Assembly (NCBI RefSeq): GCF_006345805.1
Contig: NC_043016.1
Location: forward strand, 22,816,001-22,880,000
From: Octopus sinensis
Lineage: Eukaryota
Length of the DNA: 64,000 nt
Direction of reading: 5' to 3'
The translations under genes and the position numbers were made by a program. This document shows positions 52,175 to 63,344 of this stretch, piece after piece. The notes under the pieces were generated by a model. It saw only the letters and a program-made list of their open reading frames with translations. It was not told where the DNA came from and made no database searches. Position 1 is the first letter of the stretch. Each line of letters starts with the position of its first letter.

Positions 52175-53711
52175 CAGGGGTAATCAAACTTGGGCCACAT
52201 AACTGATGCCATACCAGAGGCAAATTTCTTCACCTTTGAAAATTAATCATCAGGTAAGCAGCAATAAGATTCTACAAGTCTTCCTTCTCCAATTCTTCTC
52301 TTTCAACATGTTATTTGCTTGCAAATCAATGAGCATCAACTGTAGTTCGACTGGCATGTCATCAAGGTTACAATCAAATGGATTCTGAAACAGAATATCA
52401 CTTTCAATTCTGTCGAGATCTGAAAAGCTCTGCAAAAGCTGATTATTTAAGTCATGAAACTCAAGTTGCTCTCTTCTGTGATTCCAGTGTGAAACTCTTT
52501 GAAACACTGGAAATGAGAGAAGTTTCTTCCTTCTAATTGTGCTTCAAACAATGCTAGCTTTCTCCAAAATCCTTTGGTGATTCTTTAGAGATTATAAATA
52601 ATGTTATCTTTTCCCTGAAGTTTCAAGTTCAATTAATTCATGTTGGATGTGATGCCAACCAAAAATGACAACTTTGACAGCCAGGTAGGGTCTGACAGAA
52701 GTGGATCAGCTCTATCCTTTTCAGTTGAGAAAAGTCTCTATTTCTCTTTAGAGCTTATAAAAATGAAACAAGACTTTACCGCAGCTCAGCCACCTCACTG
52801 CGATGTGATAAGGCAAACCACAGAATTCAGAATCAATTTCTTCAAGAAAAGCCTGGATGATTAAGTACATAACTCCAAATGAAGTTCACTGCAGAAACAA
52901 CTGGTTTCAGTATGCAAGAGATGTCTAAGTCTTTTCCACAGAGTGCTTACTAATATATAACGTGGAGTGTTTGCTGATATATAAACAGAGCACTCAGGAG
53001 TTGAAGATCTTCCAATTTAGTCCTGATTTGCCCCACCAGACCCTTCCTCATTCTAGCCATGTTTTTGCCTTCCATCAACTGTAACACATCAAAGATAATT
53101 CCACTGAAGGTTATGGCATTGAAAAGTTTTCTGCACTTCATTGAAAATGTCTTCTCCAGTTGTTGTTCCATGCATGCTGCAAATGGATGCCAACTCTTCT
53201 GTGATCTGAAAGCCCCAAATTAACACCATGAATGAACATGAGAAGTTATGACATACTCAAGAGATCAGCAGATTCATGCAGCTCTAGAGAATACCACAAA
53301 AAGTTCCTAGCTTTTTCATGTGTCTGTAGCACTATGTTCTCTCCAGGTTCTGTTCTCTGAACAACTCAACTTGCTGAAAGGCTGATACTTCCAAACAAAT
53401 TGGCTTTCTCAGGACACAAGTCATTTGCTGCTCCCATCATACACTCTTTGATGAAGTTGCCATCAGTAAATGGTTTTCATTGCTATGCTGTCTTATGCAC
53501 TATTTTGTAACTTGTACAAGTGACAGATTCATTTTCAGCAAACATTCTCCAAGAAAATGCTTAAACACGGCAATGCAAGTTAAAAGATGATCACCACAGG
53601 AATTAACTCTCAAAGCAGGTACTTACAGAAAAGGTACAGTGTGGCAGTGAGCCAGATGAATTGACCTTGCGGGACAGATCTGGCCTACAGGCTGTAGTTT
53701 GGTGACCCCTG
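52175..53711 (-). mobile_element. hAT (Charlie/SPIN, GTF2IRD2-like) DNA transposon, internally degenerate, with TIRs and 8-bp TSD
   Basis: TIRs CAGGGGTAATCAAACT (52175-52190) and AGTTTGGTGACCCCTG (53696-53711) match at 14/16. Flanked by ATATAGAG at 52167-52174 and 53712-53719. Internal LFQNPFDCNLDDMPVELQLMLIDLQAN is typical of Charlie-type transposases. Confidence 0.92.
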
Positions 53712-54585
53712 ATATAGAGAAATGGAGTAAAAGACGCACACTCCTGTTTCCAAAGAAGGGAGATCTTGATGTCACCAAAAACTACAGAGGTGAGAATACT
53801 CTCACTGCTATATCTGCTAAAGTTTACAATGCCATGCTACTCAATTGTATGCAACCGGGGATTGAAAAAAATCTTGAGGGAAAATCAGAATGGCTTTCGA
53901 AGAAATAGATCAACATTTACCCAGATTCTTACAGTCCAAACAGGTATTGAAGGAGTTCATGTGAGGAACCTGAAAGCAATTTGTTGACTTTTCTAAGGCC
54001 TTTGACTTGATACACAGAGGGAAAATGGAAGAAATACTTCTTGCATACAGTATCCAAAACAAAACTGTCAATGTCATCATGATGTTGTATAGAACTACTC
54101 AATCCCATCCATTCTCCAGATGGTAACACAGAGTTCTTTGACATAGTGGCTGATATTCTCCAGGGTAACACATTGGCATTACATTGTTCATTATATGTCT
54201 AGATTATGTTCTACTCAGCACTATAGATGGACAAAATATTCACTCTTCAACCAGTGAAAAGCAGATACTTTCCAACTGTTACCATCAAAGATGTTGACTA
54301 TGCTGATAACTTGGTGCTACGAGCAGATGAAGTTCATGATGTTGCGTCTCTCTTGCACAACCTTGGAAGTGCTGCTAATGGTGTTGGTCTCTACATTAAC
54401 TCAGGCAAGACAATATATGATGTACAACCAGAGTGGCAACATTAACTCAACATCTGGAAAATCCTTGAAAATTTTGAATTTAAATACCTTGAAGTAAAAT
54501 CATAAAGGAAGATCTGTGTGCAAGTGATGTTCATGTTCAAATTGGCAAAGCCTGGGAAGCTTTAAATAAATTTATAAACAGTCTT

Positions 54586-54960
54586 ACCAACCACATGGTT
54601 CCAGGTTCAGTCCCACTGTGTGGCACCATGGGCAAGTGTCTTCTACTATAGCCTCGGGCCGACCAAAGGCTTCTGAGTGGATTTGGTAAACGGAAACTGA
54701 AAGAAGCCCGTTGTATATATATATATATGTATGTATGTGTGTGTATATGTTTGTGTGTCTGTGTTTGTCCCCCCAACATCGCTTGACAACTGATGCTGGT
54801 GTGTTTACGTCCCTGTTACTTAGCGGTTCGGCAAAAGAGACTGATAGAATAAGTACTAGGATTACAAAGAATAGGTCCTGGGGTTGATTTGCTCGACTAA
54901 AGGCAGTGCTCCAGCATGGCTACAGTCAAATGGCTGAAACAAGTAAAAGAGCAAAAGAAT
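54586..54960 (+). mobile_element. Near full-length, well-preserved copy of the abundant tRNA-type SINE (family A)
   Basis: accaaccacatggttccaggttcagtcccactgtgtggcacc...gtggatttggtaaacggaaactgaaagaagcccg, internal (TA/TG)n, tail ...ccagcatggctacagtcaaatggctgaaacaagtaaaagag. Many decayed relatives elsewhere in the window. Confidence 0.9.
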
Positions 54961-55939
54961 CTAGAAACCTACCATTAAATTTGAAACATAATTTCTTTGA
55001 AGTGGTTGTGCATTCAGTTCCAAAAAAAAAAATGTTGTTAAGAAAATTGATAGAACTTATAAAAGAATGCTTCAGACTGTTCTGGACATCTTGAGACAAC
55101 ACACTACAAAAGAACTCTTTGGTAATATACAATCAATATCATGTGTCATCAAAGAAGAACAAGATTTGTTGGATATTGCTGGAGAGCAAAGGATGGGATC
55201 ATCAGTGGTGTTCTTCTTTGGGAGCAAATATTCATAGACCAGATTGAACCTACATAAAACAACTGTGTAAGGACTCTGAGTGCACCCGAGAAGACCTACT
55301 TCATACAATGGCAAACTGAACAGAGTGGAGAGAGTGAGTCTGATGATGAGTGATAACCTGAAAGAAGCTGCAGTTGAGGAGAAAGTTTGAAGTAGTCCCT
55401 TTTATTTTGTGAGAAAGTTTTTTTCTTCTTTCTCTCCTTTTAAATTTAACAATCTGTGTCACATTCTTCATAATTAGGAGGAAGTATGCAGACATACTCC
55501 AGTCTCTGGTCACAGGTTTGTTGTTTGTCTCTCTTTCACTTTTCTACCATTTGTATAATATCTGTCCTTCAGAGCTGTTTCATCTTATACTTTTTTCATT
55601 TAAGCACTCCCAACCCAGTTGTCTCTTTACAGCTTTTGTTACCCTTGTTGTGTCCAACCCCACTGGCCCTTTTCCTTAAGACCAAATGCTGACTCTCAAC
55701 CAAACTCTATTGAAAGTGACAATGAAGCATTACTCCCACATCTGACACAGTGCTGTTGCTACATGCATAGACATCCTGGACTGTATCTAGAGGAGGGCTA
55801 CTCAACTAATTCCATTAAATCACTAACAGACATGCTTCAGACTCTGGCCCACAGGTGTGCTGATTCTCTCTCTCTCTGTTTTCTATCACTAGTATAATAG
55901 TGTCTGTTCTTCAGAGCTTGTTAATCTCAAACCTCTCAC

Positions 55940-56500
55940 CCATATCATCAACAGTTGCCTCCAAAATGTCAATAAGATATTACCTGCCACTGAGGCATGA
56001 TATAGGTGTAAAGCCACTTACAATACTATCTGCAGGAAGGACTGCTCTGATGTATATATCAAAGGCATGTCAGATGTATATATATCAAAGGCATGTCACA
56101 CCTTTAAAAGCAAGAGATACTGATGGAACACTCCAATAAAACCACAATTCAGTGCAAACATAACAGACCTGATATTGTTCTGTGGGACAGGGAGAAAAAG
56201 TCATGGACTGTTGAAGTGGTCAACTGTCCAACAGACATGAATGTACAAATGTACTACATTTACGGTGAATTATGCGAAACTTACAACTCTTGTGCCTTGA
56301 TTATAAATTCTTATTTGTATCTATTATCATAGATGCACCATTATAGATGTACTAACAAATTTACACAAAAAAATCTATAAAGGCCAGGTTTTTTTAAGAA
56401 AGTGCAAAAGAAACTGACACAGATTTTCCAAATCCAATCTATTAGTGGCACAGTGAAGATTTGTAAGACATTTCAAAGATTTTCCAAGATTCTTTAGGTG
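55940..56500 (+). mobile_element. 3' fragment of a restriction-like-endonuclease (R2/R4/NeSL-type) non-LTR retrotransposon
   Basis: ASKMSIRYYLPLRHD (end of CCHC knuckle), TTIQCKHNRPDIVLWDREKKSWTVEVVNCP (PD..E nuclease) and ISGTVKICKTF C-terminal motif; frameshifted. Confidence 0.7.
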
Positions 56501-57295
56501 TGTAGGAGCACTATTCCCTCTTGGCAGAAATGTTTTCCATCTATGCGTGACTTGGTTAGTGTAGCCCACCGCTTTACCTCATGCATAGATACACACTGCT
56601 GCCTATTACAAAGTTGTGGGAAAATTTAAATCAGGCCCAGCCAAGCCTCCAAGAAAGTCAGATGTAACCTGTCATGTCACTGTTGGAGCTCAACCCCATT
56701 ATGTGGACAATATCGAAGGAAGAAACACTCTAGAACTAAACTATTTATGGACTGTTTGGACATTTATCCTTTTCACATTTTATGATATACAGTAACAGTA
56801 AGTGTTACTTACTGTTATTTATGCTACATACACCTTCTGGATTTGTGACCCCATAACAAGTAGCTCAAACTTGTTTTTATTCACTTAGGACATTGTTATA
56901 TCATACCACTGAATGCTATACCCTGTATGCTGTCAAGCAAGCCTTGATTTAATGCTACTGTCATTTCCTCTTATAATAAAATTACTGTTCTTTTAAGCCT
57001 TCTGAATGCTGTCTATTATTGCATTACACGGTATTATACTACTGCTGTTATAAAAAGTCAGACGTTATTTTAGTGCCTTTTCACTAAAAATTGGTAACCC
57101 GACATTCACTAAAGGTGAATTGATGCACACACACACACACGTGTGCATCAACAGTGCAATCAACACACCAACTCAACTACATATTTACAAATACTGGGAA
57201 CTCTCATAACTCAAAATGTTTTGTAGCTTTGTTAGTGATTGGCTTGAATTCTCCTAAGAACTTACATAAAACTCAGAAAAATCATACATACATAT

Positions 57296-57325
57296 ATCAC
57301 TTCTCAGCTTTTGTCTAAGATCAAG
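57296..57325 (+). pseudogene. 3'-truncated U2 snRNA fragment (first ~31 nt)
   Basis: ATCACTTCTCAGCTTTTGTCTAAGATCAAG versus U2 5' end ATCGCTTCTCGGCCTTTTGGCTAAGATCAAG: two CpG-type transitions, one deletion, one transversion; begins exactly at U2 nt 1. Confidence 0.65.
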
Positions 57326-58312
57326 CTAAATGTATGTACACAAATTACGAATGCATAGATGGGTGAGTGGGACTGTTGTTAATGTTTTAGATTTCCTGAG
57401 GGTAGAGGATAAATTTACTTTCAAAACATTGGCCGAGTTTTACGAATACATATGAATGACGAGAGAAAAGAGTCGTCAGTAGCCCGACTGGAGATGGCGA
57501 GGCTACATAGGTGTAAAGAAAAACACCGCAAGGAGATGATAGCACATCTATGGATCAGAGATTGCAATTTGTTGATGAACGATTACATGCTAATTAGTCG
57601 GGGTGAGGTGGGGAAATGCCACGAAGAACGTTTACATGATTAGGAGCACTTGGTGTAAATATGTACAAAGCTAATAAAGTGTATAGTAACAAAACAACGT
57701 TGTGCTGTACAACTGAACACACACACACATGCTTTGTTTTTGCTGAGACCTTCCTAATGAGAACTTTGTACACACGTGGTATGTATGTTAAAGTGCGTGA
57801 GTATACGCAAAACATTCGTGCGTCCGTGTGTACTTGGAAGTGTAAGAGAAAGCAAGTAAAGAAGGGAGAGCAGAACGAACCGATAACAGGAAGAAGAAAA
57901 ATAAAAGAATAAATGAAAAGATAAAGCGAAGATATATTTTATATATATATAACATATTTTGTATAATATTGATTTCTTATATATATTTTTTATCGATTTC
58001 GTATACACGCACATGCAAGTAACATGCTTCGTTGATGCAACAATAATTGAAATTCAAAGTAATAACAAACAGACTAGATTTGTTTTTTGTTTTTTTTATA
58101 GTGCATTCATTTATTTGAGTTCAAAATATCACGGCTTCGATGTCATTTGATTTTATCTTCACCTTATTATTATTTGTTTAATCTAATTTATATTATATAT
58201 ATAGATAACAGCTTTGAGTCTTTCCTCAGTCTTATTTATAAAAAGAAAAGACTGATACATATCAACAACAAAGTAACAAAACTTATCTATTTCTTATTTA
58301 AAAAAAAAAAAG

Positions 58313-58475
58313 ATGTCAGCTTCTAGAATGTCTGCTAAACTGTTGTTAAACAACCGTTATTCCTTGAAAAAGTTTGTCTGTTTTAATCGACAGTACTGTT
58401 ACAAAATTCCGAATGAAAACGATGTTGTTAGAATTGGGTGCGCAAGTGGTTTTTGGGGTGACACCGCTGTTGCCG
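58313..58475 (+). CDS. First coding exon of an acyclic terpene utilisation AtuA / DUF1446-family protein with probable mitochondrial targeting peptide
   Basis: MSASRMSAKLLLNNRYSLKKFVCFNRQYCYKIPNENDVVRIGCASGFWGDTAVA; VRIGCASGFWGD matches the AtuA N-terminal motif (RIG.gsGfwGD). Ends at a strong phase-1 donor CCG|GTAAGT at 58475/58476. The first ~30 aa are rich in R/K/S/L with no acidic residues. Confidence 0.85.
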
Positions 58476-59527
58476 GTAAGTTAAAAGAATTTTATTTATA
58501 AAGTGAACATGTACAGGGCTGTCTTAAAAGCATTATAGGACTGCGAGGCTGTGGGTAAAGCAATACACTGCCTTTTCCCTACATACACCACCACTGAATA
58601 TATATAGTTTAGAATTAGGGTCTCTAGACTTGGCGAAGCCTCTCCACTAGGCAGTTGTCTAGTGTTCCCACACTTTAAGACTGCACCGTGCATGAGTTCA
58701 TATTTGCTTGTTTTGTTTGTCTTAAATGTAACTTATATAATATTATGTAATATTTATTAGTCGTGATGTTATTTGGGTAAATTTTTACAAGTGTACCCCC
58801 AGTTGCTTCACTAAAAATGTACCAGTTCAAATTTCGCTGAGATCAACTTCGTCTTTCGTCTTCCTGGATTTAATAAAACGAAGTACCACTCTTTGTTGTT
58901 GCTGATGGGTTAGTCTTATGATTAAAGGAATACCGGCCGTAACCACCATCCTATTTTGTTTTCTTCATTCCAGGACCATATTATCGATTGTGACATATTC
59001 AAAGCCATAGGGGTATGATTTGAGGAGGACTGAACTGCAAGTTAAACGATTACCTACAAGCTCCCACATTGATTCGTTTAACTGTTCGTCGAATGTATTA
59101 CCATCGGTCAAAATGTGTGCCAGAAGAATATTAGTATCAACACCCACAACAATTTGATTTCAAATCTTGTCGTGGTCAACGTTGCCTTTCTTTTTTATCC
59201 GGGTTCAATTAAATAAAAAAAAACTAGTTAAGTTCTGAGGTCGATGTAATCTGTGTAGGGACTAGCATAGCTGCAATGCAAGTACTTACGTCCGTGTTGT
59301 TCGGTCTCTCTCTCTCTCTCTCTCTCTCAATAGTTGTCATTAATTTCCTGCTCTTTATATTCAGAGTTCGTATCCCACATAAGTCAACTTTGCTTTTGCT
59401 CTTCCATAGTCAATGAAATAAAAGTATCAGTTAAGTACTGAAGTGGATATAACTGACCAAAATCTTCCCCACAAAATTTCTGGCCTTGTGCTTAAATTAG
59501 AAACCATTGGTTTTATGTTAGAGGTCA

Positions 59528-61730
59528 GGTTTGCAATATTTTCTATATGTAAACTGTGGGGATGAGCTGGAAGAAGAAGGCCATGACGTCAATGGTCAAG
59601 GGACTGACTGGAAGAGGAAGCATGAGAAGGGAAGTGTGGCAGGGGACAGGATAGGGTCGCCCTCTTTTGGCTGGCTGAGGTATTGCAAACGGACATGAGA
59701 GAATTCACTCTCAGGTTGGTGAGTTAGCAGCTGCTTATACTGGGTGACATGGTAGGGCAGGATCGCGGGAGTGACTACTAGTGGATGTGTGCAAAAGAGA
59801 GGGGAAAATAGGTGAACCTCTTTTCATTTCCCATGCACGACAAGCTATATCGACAATTGTATATAAATGTCATTGTCCCTTGATATATGATGGCAGCGAA
59901 GATAAGGATCGGCAGTGACATCATCAGACCTTTCTATGGCGAAAGTGATGTACTAGCCTGGATTCGAAAGGTCAGAGTTGTGGCCAGGCTATAATGGCTT
60001 CAAAGATGTAGCAAGCCTCATGACACTGTTTTTAGAAGGGAGTGCGCTGGCACTGTACCTCGAAATAGATGAAGAACAGCTGAGCGTGGCGAAGATTGAG
60101 CAACGCATGAGAGAGGCTTACACAGATTGAGAGTACACTGCTTTTGTTAAGCCAGGAACAATCGGATGGAGAGGGGAACAGGTGGACAAATATGCTGTGT
60201 AGGTATGGAGGCTGGTTGTGTTATCTGGTCTTACCGGTGAGGGACTTGAGAAAGTAGCGTGACTGGCTTTTGTGAATGGCTTTCCTGATGACATGATGCG
60301 ACTACAACAGTTGCCAGGCAGCAACAAAATGGTGATGAACGAGCTCATTGTTCAAGCCCGCATGTTAACACAAAACACCAGGTGGAAGGCAGTGGTGATG
60401 GCGGCTGCAGAAGCCCACGAATTTGCATGACGGCCAGTGAAGGACAAAAAGAGGCCTGCTATGGAACAAGAGCAGCCATTCACAGGACGGTGTTTTAAGT
60501 GCCAAGGACTGCACGTGGTGAGGGACTGCGCAGAGCCCAGACCGGCTTACTACTGGTACAAACAGACTGGGCATATTGTCTGAAGTTGTAGCCAGGGAAA
60601 AGGCCATGGGGAAGATGTTGCCTTTCAAACTTCCCCTGTGAACAAATAGAGGCGTTGGTGAAGTCACTGTCTGTAGTTGAGGTCATGGTCAGGGGAAACA
60701 CAGGCCCTTATGGACACCGGCTGCACAATGACTCTCGTGACCCCGAAGGTGACAAAGAAATGGAAGGGGATGAGTAGCGTTCGGGTGGTTGACGACAGTG
60801 AAATAGAATGCAAGGGTAGCAGCAATGTGGATATAATGGTGTGAGGCACAACGTTAAGGTTTGAGGCGATTGTGATTGATCACGTTGGTAGACAGGATCG
60901 ATGTGGTAATGAGGATGGATGCAGTTGACCACCTTAGAGGTGTCAGTGTTGGATGAGACATGGTTTTATTTGGTGCTATGAAGGCACTGTGAGTCGGGAA
61001 TGTGAGCAGGAGCAGAGCCCTGCAAGGAGCTGCACTGCCTATTCCATTGAAGACAAGGATTTTCAGGTGGCATGCGATGGACGATAGAGTGGTCCTGGAA
61101 AGAAGGACCCCCAACACTGAAAAACAAAGTGAGCTGCTACCAGTATACCCTGAAAGGGCACACCAGGGACGATTTTGAAGAAGAGGTAGAGAAGTGGATT
61201 AAGGAAGGTGTCCTTATCCTGTGGAAAGAGGAGTTGATGAGCAGAGTGCTACCTCTAATGGCAGTGGTGCAGCCAACAGAGGGCAAAGTTAGACCAGTAC
61301 TGGACTTTCGGGAGATGAATGGCCATGTATTGTGCCACACAAGTGACGAAGCGACCTACGTCTGCGATGAGACGCTGCGCATATGGAGGCAGTGGACTAA
61401 AGCAGCAACGATCGTCGAATTGAAGTTGGCATATTTGCAGCTCCATGTGAGCGACAAACTGTGGCAGAACCAACTGGTGCGATACAAGGGCCAAACATAT
61501 TGTCTGGCAAGGCTGGGCTTTGGGCTGAATTCTGTGCCAAAGATCATGGTGACAGTGCTCAAATCCATCCTGGGAAAGGTGGATAGGACAAGAAGGGCCA
61601 CCAGTTCCTACATCGATGACATCTAGTGGACGAGACTGTAGTGTCTGCCATGGAGGTTGTGAGACATTTGAAGAAATTTGGGCTAATTGTGAAGCCACCA
61701 GAGCCAATGGCTGGAGGAGCTGCACTGTTG
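59528..61730 (+). mobile_element. Truncated Gypsy-type LTR retrotransposon remnant (gag, protease, RT) in AtuA intron 1, sense orientation
   Basis: gag MMAAKIRIGSDIIRPFYGESDVLAWIRKVRVVARL (59887), zinc knuckle GRCFKCQGLHVVRDC, protease ALMDTGCTMT, RT VLPLMAVVQPTEGKVRPVLDFREMN...RLGFGLNSVP...SYIDDI*. A TG-starting LTR-like stretch begins at about 59528; the 3' half is absent. Confidence 0.88.
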
Positions 61731-62169
61731 AAAATCTGCATGTTTTCTTTTTTTCCCTAATTATAAATAAGTAGTTTCTATGACTTACTGTGATTTAATG
61801 TTTGACTATTGGGTTGTCAGATGGATGCGCTCGTTTTTTTTTTTGTTTATTTTAATTCTTATTTTACATCAGCAATTTTAACAAACCTGTCAAAAATATA
61901 TTCTCCTTTATTGATCACGACTTCTTACCAATGTTACAGTAGTTTGGCAATGGCTTGATAGTATCTGTATAGTATATAGTGTCTGACTTGAAAAATTTGA
62001 GCCACATTTTCAGTTCCAGACTTTTGGAGAGCAACTGTAAAAGGTGATAATCTGAAGGCAAGGCACTATATGAGGAGAATACAGTGGGTGATTAGCATTA
62101 GTGGTTAAATTAGTAGTGTGTGTGTGTGGAGGTAGGGGTGAACATTGTCATTTTAAAGAAGCATACTGA

Positions 62170-62880
62170 GTCATTTCAGCTGGATTGCCTCATTGAGCTG
62201 GTGCATTTGTTAAACAAAAAGCTCTGCATTGACCTTATGGTTATTTGCAGACATTTTGTAATGAACTGGCTTTTCCCAATTCCATAAGCACAGATCACAT
62301 TTTCTTGCATGGATGCAGCTCTGGCTTAACTCAAGCTTGCTTGTCAGGACTCAGTCATTCTTTCCTCTGCTTCATACTGACATAGACACACCATTTTTCA
62401 TTGCTCGTGATGATGTGGTAAAGAAATCTCTGTTTGCATCTACAGGTAGCCTGGTCTTGAGCAAGAAAACTGGTGGTGATGGAGGAACTCTGGAATTTGT
62501 CTCTTTTGTTCAGAGTGTCTAACAATCCATGTTTTTGGACCTTGCCCATCACGTGAAGGTGAGGTGATGGGTGTCAATATCATGAAGCATCCCAGCTGTT
62601 GGGCTAATTCCCTAGAAGACTGGTGCAGATGAGTTGGTTCAGTTAATCCTCATTAAAACGAACAAGTTGGTCAGAATGTGGAACATTTGTGAAGCTGAAT
62701 TTCCTCCTCCTTGAAGTGTAACAATCAGTTCTGAGCCATTCTTTCAGTAATAGCATACATAGTGTAAATGTCTTGAGTAGCTTTGACAACTTTGGAACCT
62801 TGATTAAAAGTGAAGAGAAGCAGTCGTCGTAGATGCTCATTTTTTTTTCTACTTGACGCTCCATCATCATATTTCTGGAA
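62170..62880 (-). mobile_element. Mariner transposase remnant
   Basis: Fragments MERQVEK.EHLRRLLLFTFNQGSK.. and RFLYHIITSNEKWCVYVSMKQRKE (mariner FL.RIVTGDEKW motif); frameshifted. Confidence 0.8.
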
Positions 62881-62974
62881 AGAGATAAAATTTATTCAAA
62901 TTCAAAAATGAGAAGCAAAAGTTGTAGAGGAAGAATAGAGCTACATAAAAAGAACCCATAAAATACTATGATAA

Positions 62975-63344
62975 TATTCTGTTGTGTCTGGGGAGAGTAA
63001 TTTTCTTTTTGTGCCTTATAATTTAACATACTCACTGGTAAAATTTCCACATTTCTTATTTTTATTTTCCTAAAATTTTCGTTGCATCTTGCAACCGTTT
63101 CAATAGTTTTGACTCTGTCTCTTATTTACAATGCATGCATAGGCACACACACACACATGCACACAAACAAACAAAAAGGAACGCAGTGTAAATAACGGAC
63201 AGAGTCAAGACTATTAAAAAGGTTGCAAGACGCAACAAAAATTTTAGGAAAATAAAAATAAGAAATAAGTGGAAATTTTACCGGTGAGTATGTTAAATTA
63301 TAAGGCACAAAAAGAAAATGGCTCTCCCCAGACACAACAGAATA
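62975..63344. mobile_element. Fold-back MITE with ~155-bp terminal inverted repeats and TA ends
   Basis: Left arm TATTCTGTTGTGTCTGGGGAGAG...tcttatttaca and right arm tgtaaataa...CTCTCCCCAGACACAACAGAATA are reverse complements with scattered mismatches; ~55-bp (CA)n-containing spacer. Confidence 0.9.

Larger units (their letters stand above)
51130..55350 (+). mobile_element. Decayed LINE (APE endonuclease plus RT, RTE-like), interrupted by a hAT element and a SINE
   Basis: LNTRYQKQAGKQWTLTYPNATKAKLDYIFLDKKW (APE C-terminus); GLDEIPPEVWKTGEFNDILLQLCNATYHQNHIE|KWSK..LFPKKGDL..TKNYRG across the hAT insert; ILRENQNGFRRNRST, VDFSKAFD, LQGNTLA, VDYADNL; ends near gtctgatgatga at about 55350. Confidence 0.85.

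Noticed and set aside
57120-57151. 11-bp perfect hairpin TTGATGCACAC/GTGTGCATCAA
   Set aside because: Built largely from CA/TG microsatellite sequence, expected by chance in this genome.
58950-59147. Strong acceptor (ttttcttcattccag at 58972) as AtuA exon 2
   Set aside because: The phase-1 frame stops after 6 codons, and the sequence resembles a dispersed repeat seen elsewhere in the window.
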